Virus record (IMG/VR): IMGVR_UViG_3300020397_000572
Span: 1 to 48,678 of that record
Strand: one strand, 5' to 3'
Length of the DNA stretch: 48,678 nucleotides
Source of the DNA: a virus
Lineage: Duplodnaviria; Caudoviricetes
A program made the translations under genes and the position numbers. The notes beneath the pieces were generated by a model. It was given only the letters and a program-made list of their open reading frames with translations. It did no database searches and had not been told where the DNA came from. This document shows, one piece after another, positions 7,764 to 15,346 of this stretch (its first letter is position 1; each line of letters begins with the position of its first letter).

Positions 7764-7987
7764 TGAAACTTAATCCAGTAGGTTCAAACATGAACGAAGT
7801 TGAGATCGGAGGCAAGAGCATCCTGTTCTCATACAAGACCCCAGTCGCAGGTTATGATGATCTGGGTGCGTTTAGGTCAGAGGATTACTTCTCGGTGACG
7901 ACCTCAAAACATATCAACAAGTACCTAGGTGGCAAGGATATTGGCCGAAAGGTACCGCAATCATACATCGAAGGGTTGGTTGCGTAA
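7763..7987 (+). CDS. Conserved small phage protein (FSYxTPVA...SxTTSKHIN family)
   Basis: Motifs LFSYKTPVAG and SVTTSKHINKYL; TAATG coupling. Confidence 0.8.
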   Translation: MKLNPVGSNMNEVEIGGKSILFSYKTPVAGYDDLGAFRSEDYFSVTTSKHINKYLGGKDIGRKVPQSYIEGLVA

Positions 7988-8178
7988 TGCAGAAGATTCT
8001 CGCAGTATTGATCATGGTCCCCATGTTGGGGGCCTGTTCGATGACAGGCAAGGATATGATCAAGACAGCGAACTTGATCAAGAATGCTTCTAATCTATCC
8101 AAAGCTGGTGTCCAGGAGGAATTGATTGTCAAGACCAAGGACATTTTGGATCCGAATAGAGGCGGAGGCAAATGGTAA
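7987..8178 (+). CDS. Small lipoprotein
   Basis: Hydrophobic leader with lipobox LGAC. Confidence 0.7.
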   Translation: MQKILAVLIMVPMLGACSMTGKDMIKTANLIKNASNLSKAGVQEELIVKTKDILDPNRGGGKW

Positions 8179-8197
8179 CATTTTGGAAAAGAAATGG

Positions 8198-8226
8198 TTG
8201 ACAGATCCGATCCAATGTGTTATTAT
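8198..8226 (+). promoter_or_regulatory. Early promoter
   Basis: TTGACA-17-TATTAT. Confidence 0.8.
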
Positions 8227-8270
8227 ATACAAACTAATGAATAGGCAATTTCTAAATTTAAGGAGGCAAT

Positions 8271-8612
8271 ATGTCTACAAATAAACTATATACCGTGGCA
8301 GGAACTTCAAGTTTCAACGGTAAAACTAAGGTAAGGTTTGCGAACGATTATGTGAGCAGATTCAAAATCCTAACCAAAAATGGTCACGAGAATATCGAGA
8401 TCATGGAACTTGATTCAGCGATGTCCAAAGGCGATATCTGTAAGTTCCTATCAACGCATGAGAAGTTTCAATCAGAAGCTCAGCAATCAGCGATCGCAGA
8501 GTTCGTGGTAAGAAACGTCAAGGTTGATACAGCACCAACACCAGCAATCAATGACATGGTCAAACAAGAGGCCGAGTCAGCTGAAGTTGAGACTGAGACT
8601 GAATCAGCATAA
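8271..8612 (+). CDS. Conserved hypothetical protein
   Basis: AAGGAGG RBS; YTVAGTS...KVRFAND motif. Confidence 0.8.
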   Translation: MSTNKLYTVAGTSSFNGKTKVRFANDYVSRFKILTKNGHENIEIMELDSAMSKGDICKFLSTHEKFQSEAQQSAIAEFVVRNVKVDTAPTPAINDMVKQEAESAEVETETESA

Positions 8613-8687
8613 ACTAGCACAAGAACCAAAGACGATTAAGACCTGGGGTTGAATTATAGCCCCAGGCATCGTTGCCCCACATCTTCC

Positions 8688-8716
8688 ATTATAACATATT
8701 TGGACAGCCCTGTCAA
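8688..8716 (-). promoter_or_regulatory. Minus-strand consensus promoter for a probable short RNA
   Basis: ggTTGACA-17-TATAAT; hairpin CCTGGGG...CCCCAGG about 20 nt downstream. Confidence 0.7.
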
Positions 8717-8749
8717 CCGTTTTCTTTTTACATTAATTTAATTTTTTGG

Positions 8750-8778
8750 TTGCATTTTGGAAAAAAGTATGCAATAAT
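8750..8778 (+). promoter_or_regulatory. Variant early promoter (TTGCAT -35)
   Basis: ggTTGCAT-17-AATAAT with TG extension, in the same position as the other early promoters. Confidence 0.5.
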
Positions 8779-8812
8779 AAAACATAATAAAAACTTAAAC
8801 AAAAGAGGGCAA

Positions 8813-9100
8813 ATGCAAATAACAGAAAAACAATTACAACACATGGTGTATTTTTTAACACACAAGGCAAACTATAAAGTTGGTTTGTTTGACGATGACA
8901 TTGATTTTAATGTTAACACTACAAGCGAATTGATTGACAATGCAAAATACTTGATTGACACTTTTTACAAAAAGGGCTTGACTTTTACAGAGGCGATGGA
9001 GTGTGTTACAGATTACAGATATGACGACGATTGCATAAATGAAGGCATACAAGAAATGTGGGACGACTATTGCAAGGAGAACAATATTTTTAAAGACTAG
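8813..9100 (+). CDS. Small acidic early protein (95 aa) on a TC/CC-free sense strand
   Basis: ORF 8672..9100; start at MQITEK after AAAAGAGGGCAA. Confidence 0.8.
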   Translation: MQITEKQLQHMVYFLTHKANYKVGLFDDDIDFNVNTTSELIDNAKYLIDTFYKKGLTFTEAMECVTDYRYDDDCINEGIQEMWDDYCKENNIFKD

Positions 9101-9101
9101 G

Positions 9102-9143
9102 GGTGTTGCAAAAATGCAACAGGTGTTGTAAAAATGCAACACC
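9102..9143. repeat. Tandem 20-bp repeat of the palindrome TGTTGYA-AAAA-TGCAACA
   Basis: GGTGTTGCAAAAATGCAACA then GGTGTTGTAAAAATGCAACA. Confidence 0.85.
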
Positions 9144-9163
9144 TATACCTCTAAAAAAAATGG

Positions 9164-9192
9164 TTGACATATAGCAAAAGAGGTGCTATATT
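9164..9192 (+). promoter_or_regulatory. Early promoter
   Basis: A-tract, TTGACA-17-TATATT. Confidence 0.8.
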
Positions 9193-9224
9193 AAGAGTAT
9201 AATAAGAAACAGAAAGAGGGCAAA

Positions 9225-9410
9225 ATGTTATCATTAATAGGTTTATTCGCAATCGCGTTCGTCATCGTCAAGTACTTCCCGGACATACTGATGTTCACAG
9301 TGAAGGCGGCGATCGTTCTAATCGGGCTTTACTTCCTGCTTGGAGCACTCCTTTGGATCTTTGGGGCTTCGATCGCACTAAACATCAATGGAGCATTGTT
9401 AGGAATTTAA
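9225..9410 (+). CDS. Small membrane protein
   Basis: GAGGGCA RBS; almost entirely hydrophobic. Confidence 0.75.
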   Translation: MLSLIGLFAIAFVIVKYFPDILMFTVKAAIVLIGLYFLLGALLWIFGASIALNINGALLGI

Positions 9411-9413
9411 TGG

Positions 9414-9442
9414 TTGACAAACATCTATTTTGGATGTATATT
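9414..9442 (+). promoter_or_regulatory. Early promoter
   Basis: TTGACA-17-TATATT. Confidence 0.8.
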
Positions 9443-9473
9443 AATAATATAAACTAAAAAAGCGAGGGCAAAA

Positions 9474-9740
9474 ATGAGTACAGATTTAAAAAGCAGAAAC
9501 AGAGGCACAGTAGGATTGACAAGATTCTGGGGTGGCGAGAACAGAGGAGCCTGTGTGCAGGTTACTACCGCTAGGGATTGGAGAAAAGAAGGCGACAGAT
9601 CTGCCGCAGACAAGTTCTTCAATCATGTTACATTAAGCAAAAGCGAGGCAGTTGCATTGGCGCAGGACTTGTTGGACTTTGCAGGCGATACCGCTGAACA
9701 AGAGTTCGACGATGCAGTATTGGAGGTACAGGGCAAATGA
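9474..9740 (+). CDS. Hypothetical protein (LTRFWGG...GxCVQVT family)
   Basis: GAGGGCA RBS; conserved-looking motif. Confidence 0.8.
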   Translation: MSTDLKSRNRGTVGLTRFWGGENRGACVQVTTARDWRKEGDRSAADKFFNHVTLSKSEAVALAQDLLDFAGDTAEQEFDDAVLEVQGK

Positions 9741-9928
9741 AGACAGCAATCACGTTCATAGGCTATCTTTTGGTAGCATTGGGTATCATGGCAATGGCCG
9801 GATCAGCAGGAGACTGTGATGGCAAGTGTGTGGAGAATGCCAACACCATGTTGGAGATGTTGACATTCGCAGGGCTTGGATTGGCCATGTTCCTATTTGG
9901 TTTCATGTTAATTTTACAGAAAAACTAA
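9737..9928 (+). CDS. Small two-TM protein with CDGKC loop
   Basis: Two hydrophobic helices; AGGGCA RBS. Confidence 0.75.
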   Translation: MKTAITFIGYLLVALGIMAMAGSAGDCDGKCVENANTMLEMLTFAGLGLAMFLFGFMLILQKN

Positions 9929-9936
9929 ATTAGGGG

Positions 9937-9965
9937 TTGACAGTTACAGTAAAAGATCATATACT
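9937..9965 (+). promoter_or_regulatory. Early promoter
   Basis: TTGACA-17-TATACT. Confidence 0.8.
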
Positions 9966-10017
9966 GTATACATAATAAGAAATTAGGCAATAACAACATT
10001 TTAAAAGAGAGGGCTAA

Positions 10018-11022
10018 ATGACACAACAAATCAAAATCAAATCCGGTAGTTACAAGATCAGAGGCAAGGACGTTGAACTTGCTGGCATGGTATTTCCAAT
10101 GGTGGAGCCATTCAAGGTTGGAGCCGCTGGTGGTTACGTAACTGTTGACGGCAAGGCGATTGCTGGATTCCCAGATCGTAACATCAAGATCAAGATTGAC
10201 TCAGCAGATGACTATGAGTTAACAAGAGCAAAAACTACTGTTAGAGAAGAGACAGATGAAGAGACCATCGACCGTCTCAGAGAAAGATTCCAAATCCTAG
10301 AAGACATGACTCGTGCTTGTAAGAAGGGCGACGTCAGGGCAATGATAGTTACAGGCCCTCCAGGAGTTGGCAAGTCGTTTGGTGTCGAGAAGGTTCTTGG
10401 CAAGCATGAGCTGATCGCTGAGCTGGGTGACAGACCTGCGAAGTACCAAGTTGTGAAGGGTGCTATGTCGGCGATTGGTTTATACTGTAAACTGTACAAC
10501 TATGCCGACAAGGATAACGTACTAGTTTTTGATGACTGTGATAGCATTCTTCAAGAAGACCTTTCACTAAACATATTGAAGGCCGCTCTTGACTCTAAGA
10601 AGACAAGACGTATCCATTGGAACACTGATTCATTCAAGCTAAGGAATGAGGGTGTGCCGGACAGTTTCGAGTTCAAGGGTAGTGCGATATTCATTACCAA
10701 CATCAAGTTTGACAACGTTAAGTCAAAGAAGATGAGAGATCATCTAGAAGCAATTGAGTCCAGATGTCACTACATCGATCTCACTATTGATACTGAGAGG
10801 GAGAAGATGCTACGTATCAAGCAGATAGTGAGCGATGGTATGTTGAAGGACTATCAGTTCTCAGAAGAAACAACTGAGAGAGTGATGGACTTCGTGGACA
10901 TCAACAAGAAGAACTTACGTGAACTGAGTTTACGTACAGTACTTAAAATCGCGGACTTGGCCAAAGCATTTCCAAGCAACTGGGAAGCTATGGCAGAGAA
11001 CACAGTACTACGTAGAGCCTAG
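10018..11022 (+). CDS. AAA+ ATPase
   Basis: Walker A GPPGVGKS, Walker B LVFDDCD, sensor FITN, Arg finger ESRC. Confidence 0.9.
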   Translation: MTQQIKIKSGSYKIRGKDVELAGMVFPMVEPFKVGAAGGYVTVDGKAIAGFPDRNIKIKIDSADDYELTRAKTTVREETDEETIDRLRERFQILEDMTRACKKGDVRAMIVTGPPGVGKSFGVEKVLGKHELIAELGDRPAKYQVVKGAMSAIGLYCKLYNYADKDNVLVFDDCDSILQEDLSLNILKAALDSKKTRRIHWNTDSFKLRNEGVPDSFEFKGSAIFITNIKFDNVKSKKMRDHLEAIESRCHYIDLTIDTEREKMLRIKQIVSDGMLKDYQFSEETTERVMDFVDINKKNLRELSLRTVLKIADLAKAFPSNWEAMAENTVLRRA

Positions 11023-11097
11023 CCCTCACTAACTTGCTCCGAGTACTGTTAGCCCCTGGTAGAGTTGTGCCCTCGACTTTATCAGGGGCACTTTTTT
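11002..11097 (+). ncRNA. Candidate 3'-end two-hairpin RNA / terminator with GCCCUC loops
   Basis: Hairpin 1 ACAGTACT..GAGC-loop-GCTC..AGTACTGT; hairpin 2 is a 15-bp stem with GU pairs, loop GTGCCCTC, then T6. Confidence 0.55.
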
Positions 11098-11099
11098 GG

Positions 11100-11128
11100 T
11101 TGACATATCTGGATTTAGACCATATACT
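11100..11128 (+). promoter_or_regulatory. Early promoter
   Basis: TTGACA-17-TATACT. Confidence 0.8.
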
Positions 11129-11161
11129 CAATATATAATTAGAAAACAAAGAGAGGGCTAA

Positions 11162-11509
11162 ATGAACTACAAACTTTACCAAATACACTTAACAGACGCA
11201 GAAGTAGACCAGGTCAATGCAGAAGGCCACAATAGTGTGCCCAAGCAAAAGCTGAAGCTGGATATGAACTTTAACGAGTCACCAGAAGCCATTGCTAAAG
11301 AAGGTATGGACAAGGGTTACTTCACACACGTTTCAAACATATACACAGAGCAGGGCCTAGAGGGTGTGTTCGAAGTAGGGAACATAGGCCCTGAAGCTAA
11401 CATAGAGAGGTTGGCTCCTATGTACTCTGTGAGTGTAGGGGACGTTGTAGAGACTCCAGAGGGTGTGCGTCACGTTGTAGCGAGTATGGGATTCAAGCAA
11501 CTCGCATAG
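11162..11509 (+). CDS. YodL-like domain protein
   Basis: YKLYQI start; LEGVFEVGN and YSVSVGDVV motifs. Confidence 0.65.
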   Translation: MNYKLYQIHLTDAEVDQVNAEGHNSVPKQKLKLDMNFNESPEAIAKEGMDKGYFTHVSNIYTEQGLEGVFEVGNIGPEANIERLAPMYSVSVGDVVETPEGVRHVVASMGFKQLA

Positions 11510-11530
11510 AATCAAACGATAAACGAAAAG

Positions 11531-11558
11531 GTCCCGGCTTGATGTCGGGATTTTTTTT
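11531..11558 (+). terminator. Intrinsic terminator ending the early region
   Basis: GTCCCGGC-TTGAT-GTCGGGAT then T-run. Confidence 0.8.
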
Positions 11559-11664
11559 GACCGAATGGTCGAGGGGCACGGGGCGTTATAACACAAACTC
11601 TACAAGCTACTAGCAAGTGAGCAGGGGTAAAATCACCACCCAGAAATGAAAAGTACTTCACCTT

Positions 11665-11707
11665 AATTTTTTGTAATCTAATTTTTTTGGATTAAAGACC
11701 CTTTTCG
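11665..11707. repeat. 43-bp T-tract repeat, copy 1
   Basis: 33/43 ungapped identity to 12163-12205. Confidence 0.7.
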
Positions 11708-11877
11708 TGTACTGCCCAAACTATCAATAGCAATAGTATCAACAGTACTGCATAGGGTAACCACACGTAGTACTTGTATGCTAGTGTGTATACGAATGCC
11801 ATTATGTTGTGTATGTTGTCCATTTGTAATATTTAAACTTGACTATTACCCAGTTTTATAGTACTATAAGTATTAAT

Positions 11878-12150
11878 ATGCAACACACACGTTTAATATT
11901 AATTGTCTTGTGTTTGACCTCTTTGATGGGTTGTTCACAGGCTACACTATTAAGCTCTATAGGAGTTGGCATGGGTGTGGCTCAAAAAAGCACTTGGTCA
12001 ACTGTGTATTCGGGTGTGGATTTGGGCGTGAGTGCAACCACAGACAAATCAATACGTGAACACGTACTAGGCGAAAGCACCACTGACACAGAAGGATCAC
12101 ACCTTACTACCACACATAATAACCGCATAGAATGGGTCACCCCCAAGTAA
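11878..12150 (+). CDS. Putative lipoprotein
   Basis: TTGACT-17-TACTAT upstream; lipobox LMGC. Confidence 0.6.
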   Translation: MQHTRLILIVLCLTSLMGCSQATLLSSIGVGMGVAQKSTWSTVYSGVDLGVSATTDKSIREHVLGESTTDTEGSHLTTTHNNRIEWVTPK

Positions 12151-12162
12151 ATTCAAGATCAA

Positions 12163-12205
12163 AATTTTTTGCACACATATTTTTTTGAGTTATATACCCA
12201 TTTCG
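12163..12205. repeat. 43-bp T-tract repeat, copy 2
   Basis: AATTTTTTG-N7-ATTTTTTTG-..TTA.A.ACCC.TTTCG. Confidence 0.7.
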
Positions 12206-12266
12206 GATTATAGACCCACACATAAATACAGTTGTTACACATATTCATTATTACAGGAGACGGCGC

Positions 12267-12632
12267 ATGGAAGAACCTAAATTCAACAACAAGATAGAAG
12301 ATCTTGAAGATCAACTGTGGGACATCAAACAAAGGCTTGAATACGTGGAGTCAGTGTTGGAGATTGAACCAGAAGATGAAGATGATGACTATGATCCCAC
12401 ACTACACCCAAGCATGGAAGATGATCACTCAGGTGATGACGACTATTTTGATCAGGATGATCCACTCAAGCACACACATGATGATGGCACTGAGCATTCA
12501 CATGAAGGTGGTGATCAACCACATGATCATGATGATGACGATGTCAAACCAGAAGACCTGGATCACTCCAATGCGGCCGCATATGACACACTACCCTCAG
12601 ATGTTGAGCCCACCAAGGACGACAACAAGTAA
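12267..12632 (+). CDS. Acidic His-rich protein with N-terminal coiled coil
   Basis: TAAATA promoter, AGGAG RBS; HTHDDGTEHSHEGGDQPHDH. Confidence 0.8.
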   Translation: MEEPKFNNKIEDLEDQLWDIKQRLEYVESVLEIEPEDEDDDYDPTLHPSMEDDHSGDDDYFDQDDPLKHTHDDGTEHSHEGGDQPHDHDDDDVKPEDLDHSNAAAYDTLPSDVEPTKDDNK

Positions 12633-12701
12633 GGTCATTCACAAGGGCCACTTATTGGCCCTTTACACCTTGGTTTACACAACTTGTGGTAAATAATTAT
12701 A

Positions 12702-12755
12702 CGTTGATCCCCGCACACACATGGGGACGGAAGTAGGCTTAACCGAAGCAACGCA
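12702..12755 (+). ncRNA. Glutamine riboswitch (glnA RNA motif)
   Basis: CGTTG-A-TCCCC..GGGGA-CGGAAGTA-GG..CC-GAAG-CAACG matches the glnA three-way-junction consensus; starts just after TAAATA. Confidence 0.8.
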
Positions 12756-12769
12756 CTTTGTAATGGAGT

Positions 12770-13021
12770 GTGTTTGTGATAAAGAAAACCATCAAATATA
12801 AAAGATATCGATACCTTTCAGTGAGAGTGTTGCAAGACACCGTCAAGGAAGACTCATATGATGTCACGTTCACATCATTTGCATGGCCATCATGGAGACT
12901 GTGGCACAAGAACACTGACGAACTGTGCATGAAGGAACTGTTGCAGATATACACCATCAGAGCATGGGTGTTGCAGTGGTTACCTCCTCGTTTAACACAT
13001 TGGTTGGTCACTGGACGTTAA
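12770..13021 (+). CDS. Hypothetical protein downstream of the riboswitch
   Basis: GGAG then GTG starts; exact start uncertain (12770 or 12776). Confidence 0.55.
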   Translation: MFVIKKTIKYKRYRYLSVRVLQDTVKEDSYDVTFTSFAWPSWRLWHKNTDELCMKELLQIYTIRAWVLQWLPPRLTHWLVTGR

Positions 13022-13029
13022 ATACGTGT

Positions 13030-13731
13030 ATGCGTATTTGGATCATGGGTGACAGTTGGGGTGATGAATGGGGCAGTGGTTCCATGCAGGGTGCCAAACC
13101 TTCAGAATCATTATCACACACACTGGCCACTGAATTTGACTGTGCAGTGATCAATCTGTGCAGGGGTGGCATAGGCAACGGCCTGGCATTGGACATACTC
13201 AAACGTGCCATCAGCAAGGGTGAAACTGCACCCACACACGTGATACAGTTTTGGACTGAGCCATTGCGTGATTGGGGAAAATACTATGATGTGCCAGACA
13301 AGCCATCATGGACAGTCACAGATGCAGTTGATCATATTGCCCATGTACAACAACAGCAAACCAAAAGTTTCCGTGAAGACCACGGCCAACCACATTGGGC
13401 CATCATAGGAGGTCAAGCACCCATCACACATGATCATGGTCGCATCATAGGAGCATCATTCAGCATTGAAGATTGGAGATCCCAACTGTTGGAGTGTGAA
13501 CTGGACTACTATGCCAGCCATCTGCTGGGATCATATGGCAGTCTTGATATGTATCCACGCAACAGAAACACATACAAAACCAAAAGAAAACTGTTGGACA
13601 GGGTCAATGAGATCATGGATATGCAGATACGTAGCAAGGCATTTCCGGATAATGCACATCCAGGATGGCCTCAATTTCAACCTTTGATAAAAAATTTAAT
13701 TGCTTGGATACGCAGGACTAATCAAGTATAA
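13030..13731 (+). CDS. SGNH/GDSL-like hydrolase-fold protein
   Basis: MRIWIMGDSW, NLCRGGIGN and C-terminal DNAHP; TAAATA upstream. Confidence 0.65.
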   Translation: MRIWIMGDSWGDEWGSGSMQGAKPSESLSHTLATEFDCAVINLCRGGIGNGLALDILKRAISKGETAPTHVIQFWTEPLRDWGKYYDVPDKPSWTVTDAVDHIAHVQQQQTKSFREDHGQPHWAIIGGQAPITHDHGRIIGASFSIEDWRSQLLECELDYYASHLLGSYGSLDMYPRNRNTYKTKRKLLDRVNEIMDMQIRSKAFPDNAHPGWPQFQPLIKNLIAWIRRTNQV

Positions 13732-13927
13732 GTGCTTTGATTGATTTCTCACCCATGTAGATCTCAACCTCTGCCTTGGACTTGACACATTGGTATTTGA
13801 CTGATTCTGAATATGTTCTTTCTGCGTGGCGTTTGCCTCTTAGACACACAGCCATTGAATCCTGTATTCTATGTTCCTTGATCTCGTTGTTTACGAACAT
13901 CAATAGTGCTACCACAGTTTCAATCAT
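13718..13927 (-). CDS. Small conserved hypothetical protein
   Basis: GGAGG RBS; CLRGKRHAER. Confidence 0.75.
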   Translation of the reverse strand: MIETVVALLMFVNNEIKEHRIQDSMAVCLRGKRHAERTYSESVKYQCVKSKAEVEIYMGEKSIKALILD

Positions 13928-14334
13928 CAGTGACCTCCGTTTGCAAATTCACGTTGCTTGTCTTTGAGCTTTTCAACATCAGCAGATATCTTTTCCATCT
14001 GTTCTTTGAGGAAGTCAATGTTGACCTTGTTGGTCATGTTGTTTTCTAATATGCCTTCCATCTTTTCAACTGACTTGTACAGATCCTCTATCAACATGAA
14101 CTGTTCAAGATCGTTTTGGGATTGTCCTAATTCACCACGTGGGTACTTGATCCTGAATTCTGTGTTCTCGGATAGATCCTTCTGCATCAGTTCAAGTGTG
14201 GTTGAGTGTTTGTTGAGTTGTTCTGTGATGCCAAAGTAGGCCCACACACCCATGGCAACTGCACCAATGATGGCCAGCATATTTCTTACTGGCATCGATA
14301 TGTTTGTTGAGTCGCTTATGTTTAGTTTACTCAT
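13927..14334 (-). CDS. Membrane-anchored coiled-coil protein
   Basis: Start MSKLNIS after TAAATA; one TM then coiled coil. Confidence 0.75.
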   Translation of the reverse strand: MSKLNISDSTNISMPVRNMLAIIGAVAMGVWAYFGITEQLNKHSTTLELMQKDLSENTEFRIKYPRGELGQSQNDLEQFMLIEDLYKSVEKMEGILENNMTNKVNIDFLKEQMEKISADVEKLKDKQREFANGGH

Positions 14335-14353
14335 ATGTGTTTTTAATGAGTAT

Positions 14354-14500
14354 TTACCTATCTTTGTTGTAAAGATCAAATAGTGTACGCACCTTGTCTT
14401 CCAGTGTGTCAATCCTATTGTACATCTTGGCTAGAACTATTACCAGTGAAACAAATGCCAAAGCAATAGGCCATAGCTGAATTAATACCTCAAGATCCAT
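14354..14500 (-). CDS. Small TM/coiled-coil protein (48 aa, not in ORF track)
   Basis: MDLEVLIQLWPIALAFVSLVIVLAKMYNRIDTLEDKV...; TAAATA upstream. Confidence 0.65.
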   Translation of the reverse strand: MDLEVLIQLWPIALAFVSLVIVLAKMYNRIDTLEDKVRTLFDLYNKDR

Positions 14501-14574
14501 TGAAAAGCCCCCAGTCGTGTGATGGACACGAACGCAGATATTTATCTACAAGCCGAGTGTAATTATCAGGTATT

Positions 14575-14778
14575 TTATTTGAGTTTTGCTACTTGCTTGA
14601 TGATCTTTGCTTTGGTTTCACGTCTGTCAACTTCAAACCCAAACTTGCGGCCATATGCTTCTAGTTGCACCTTGGTCATCTTTTCCAGCTTGGCTTTGGA
14701 CAGTTTCTTGACTTCATCCTTGAGTACCAGAGGTTCCTCAGTGATGCCAATAACATTTTTCTTAATCCAATTCCACAT
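14575..14778 (-). CDS. Small protein with Rho-N/HeH-like motif
   Basis: LEKMTKVQLEAYGRKFGFEVDRRETKAKII. Confidence 0.6.
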   Translation of the reverse strand: MWNWIKKNVIGITEEPLVLKDEVKKLSKAKLEKMTKVQLEAYGRKFGFEVDRRETKAKIIKQVAKLK

Positions 14779-14851
14779 AATAATCTCCACAAGTATTTAG
14801 CAAGTTAAGTGTGCAGATTACTCTGCACACCAGTATAGTTTCTAGTGGCTT

Positions 14852-15283
14852 CTATTGTGCGTCAGCTAGTAGTTTGGGAAGGATCTTCTTGGATTTGCCC
14901 AGCACACGGGTCTTGGCCACTGCATCAGCATTTGATACATCGCCACCCACCACGACAAGTGCAATCATGCCCATGCCTTTGTGCGGAGTGCATTGATACA
15001 AGTAAATGCCCGGCACTTCAAAAGTGAATGAGTATTCCTTGTTCATCTTGGATTTCTTGGGCTTGTCAAAGCCATCTGGACCAGCAATGAATTCAACATT
15101 GTGTCCTTTGCTTGTAGGCAACCATGTGATGGTGTCACCCACATCAATCTTGGCAACGTCGACGCTGTAAACCATTTTAGCACCATCGTCACGTTTGTTC
15201 AGCATATCAATAGTCATATCAGCCGCTGACACTGATCCTGATGTGGCAAACAACACAGCCACAGCAATTAAAAAATGTTTCAT
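14852..15283 (-). CDS. Pseudoazurin (blue copper protein)
   Basis: Signal peptide; copper ligands GHNV and YQCTPHKGMGM. Confidence 0.92.
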   Translation of the reverse strand: MKHFLIAVAVLFATSGSVSAADMTIDMLNKRDDGAKMVYSVDVAKIDVGDTITWLPTSKGHNVEFIAGPDGFDKPKKSKMNKEYSFTFEVPGIYLYQCTPHKGMGMIALVVVGGDVSNADAVAKTRVLGKSKKILPKLLADAQ

Positions 15284-15346
15284 GTGAATCCTTTCGTTAG
15301 TGCGAGATTGAAACTCTTCACTGCTATATATCGGCGTGTTGTGTGA

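Noticed and set aside
8725-9141. UV-dimer avoidance or diversity-generating retroelement as the cause of the TC/CC gap
   Set aside because: TT is abundant and the template strand is rich in dipyrimidines; no template repeat or reverse transcriptase is visible
8855-9142. 95-aa minus-strand ORF
   Set aside because: Open partly because that strand lacks GA and therefore TGA; no RBS; implausible composition
12304-12696. 130-aa Met/Ile-rich ORF
   Set aside because: Frame-shifted shadow of the GAT/CAT-rich acidic gene at 12267
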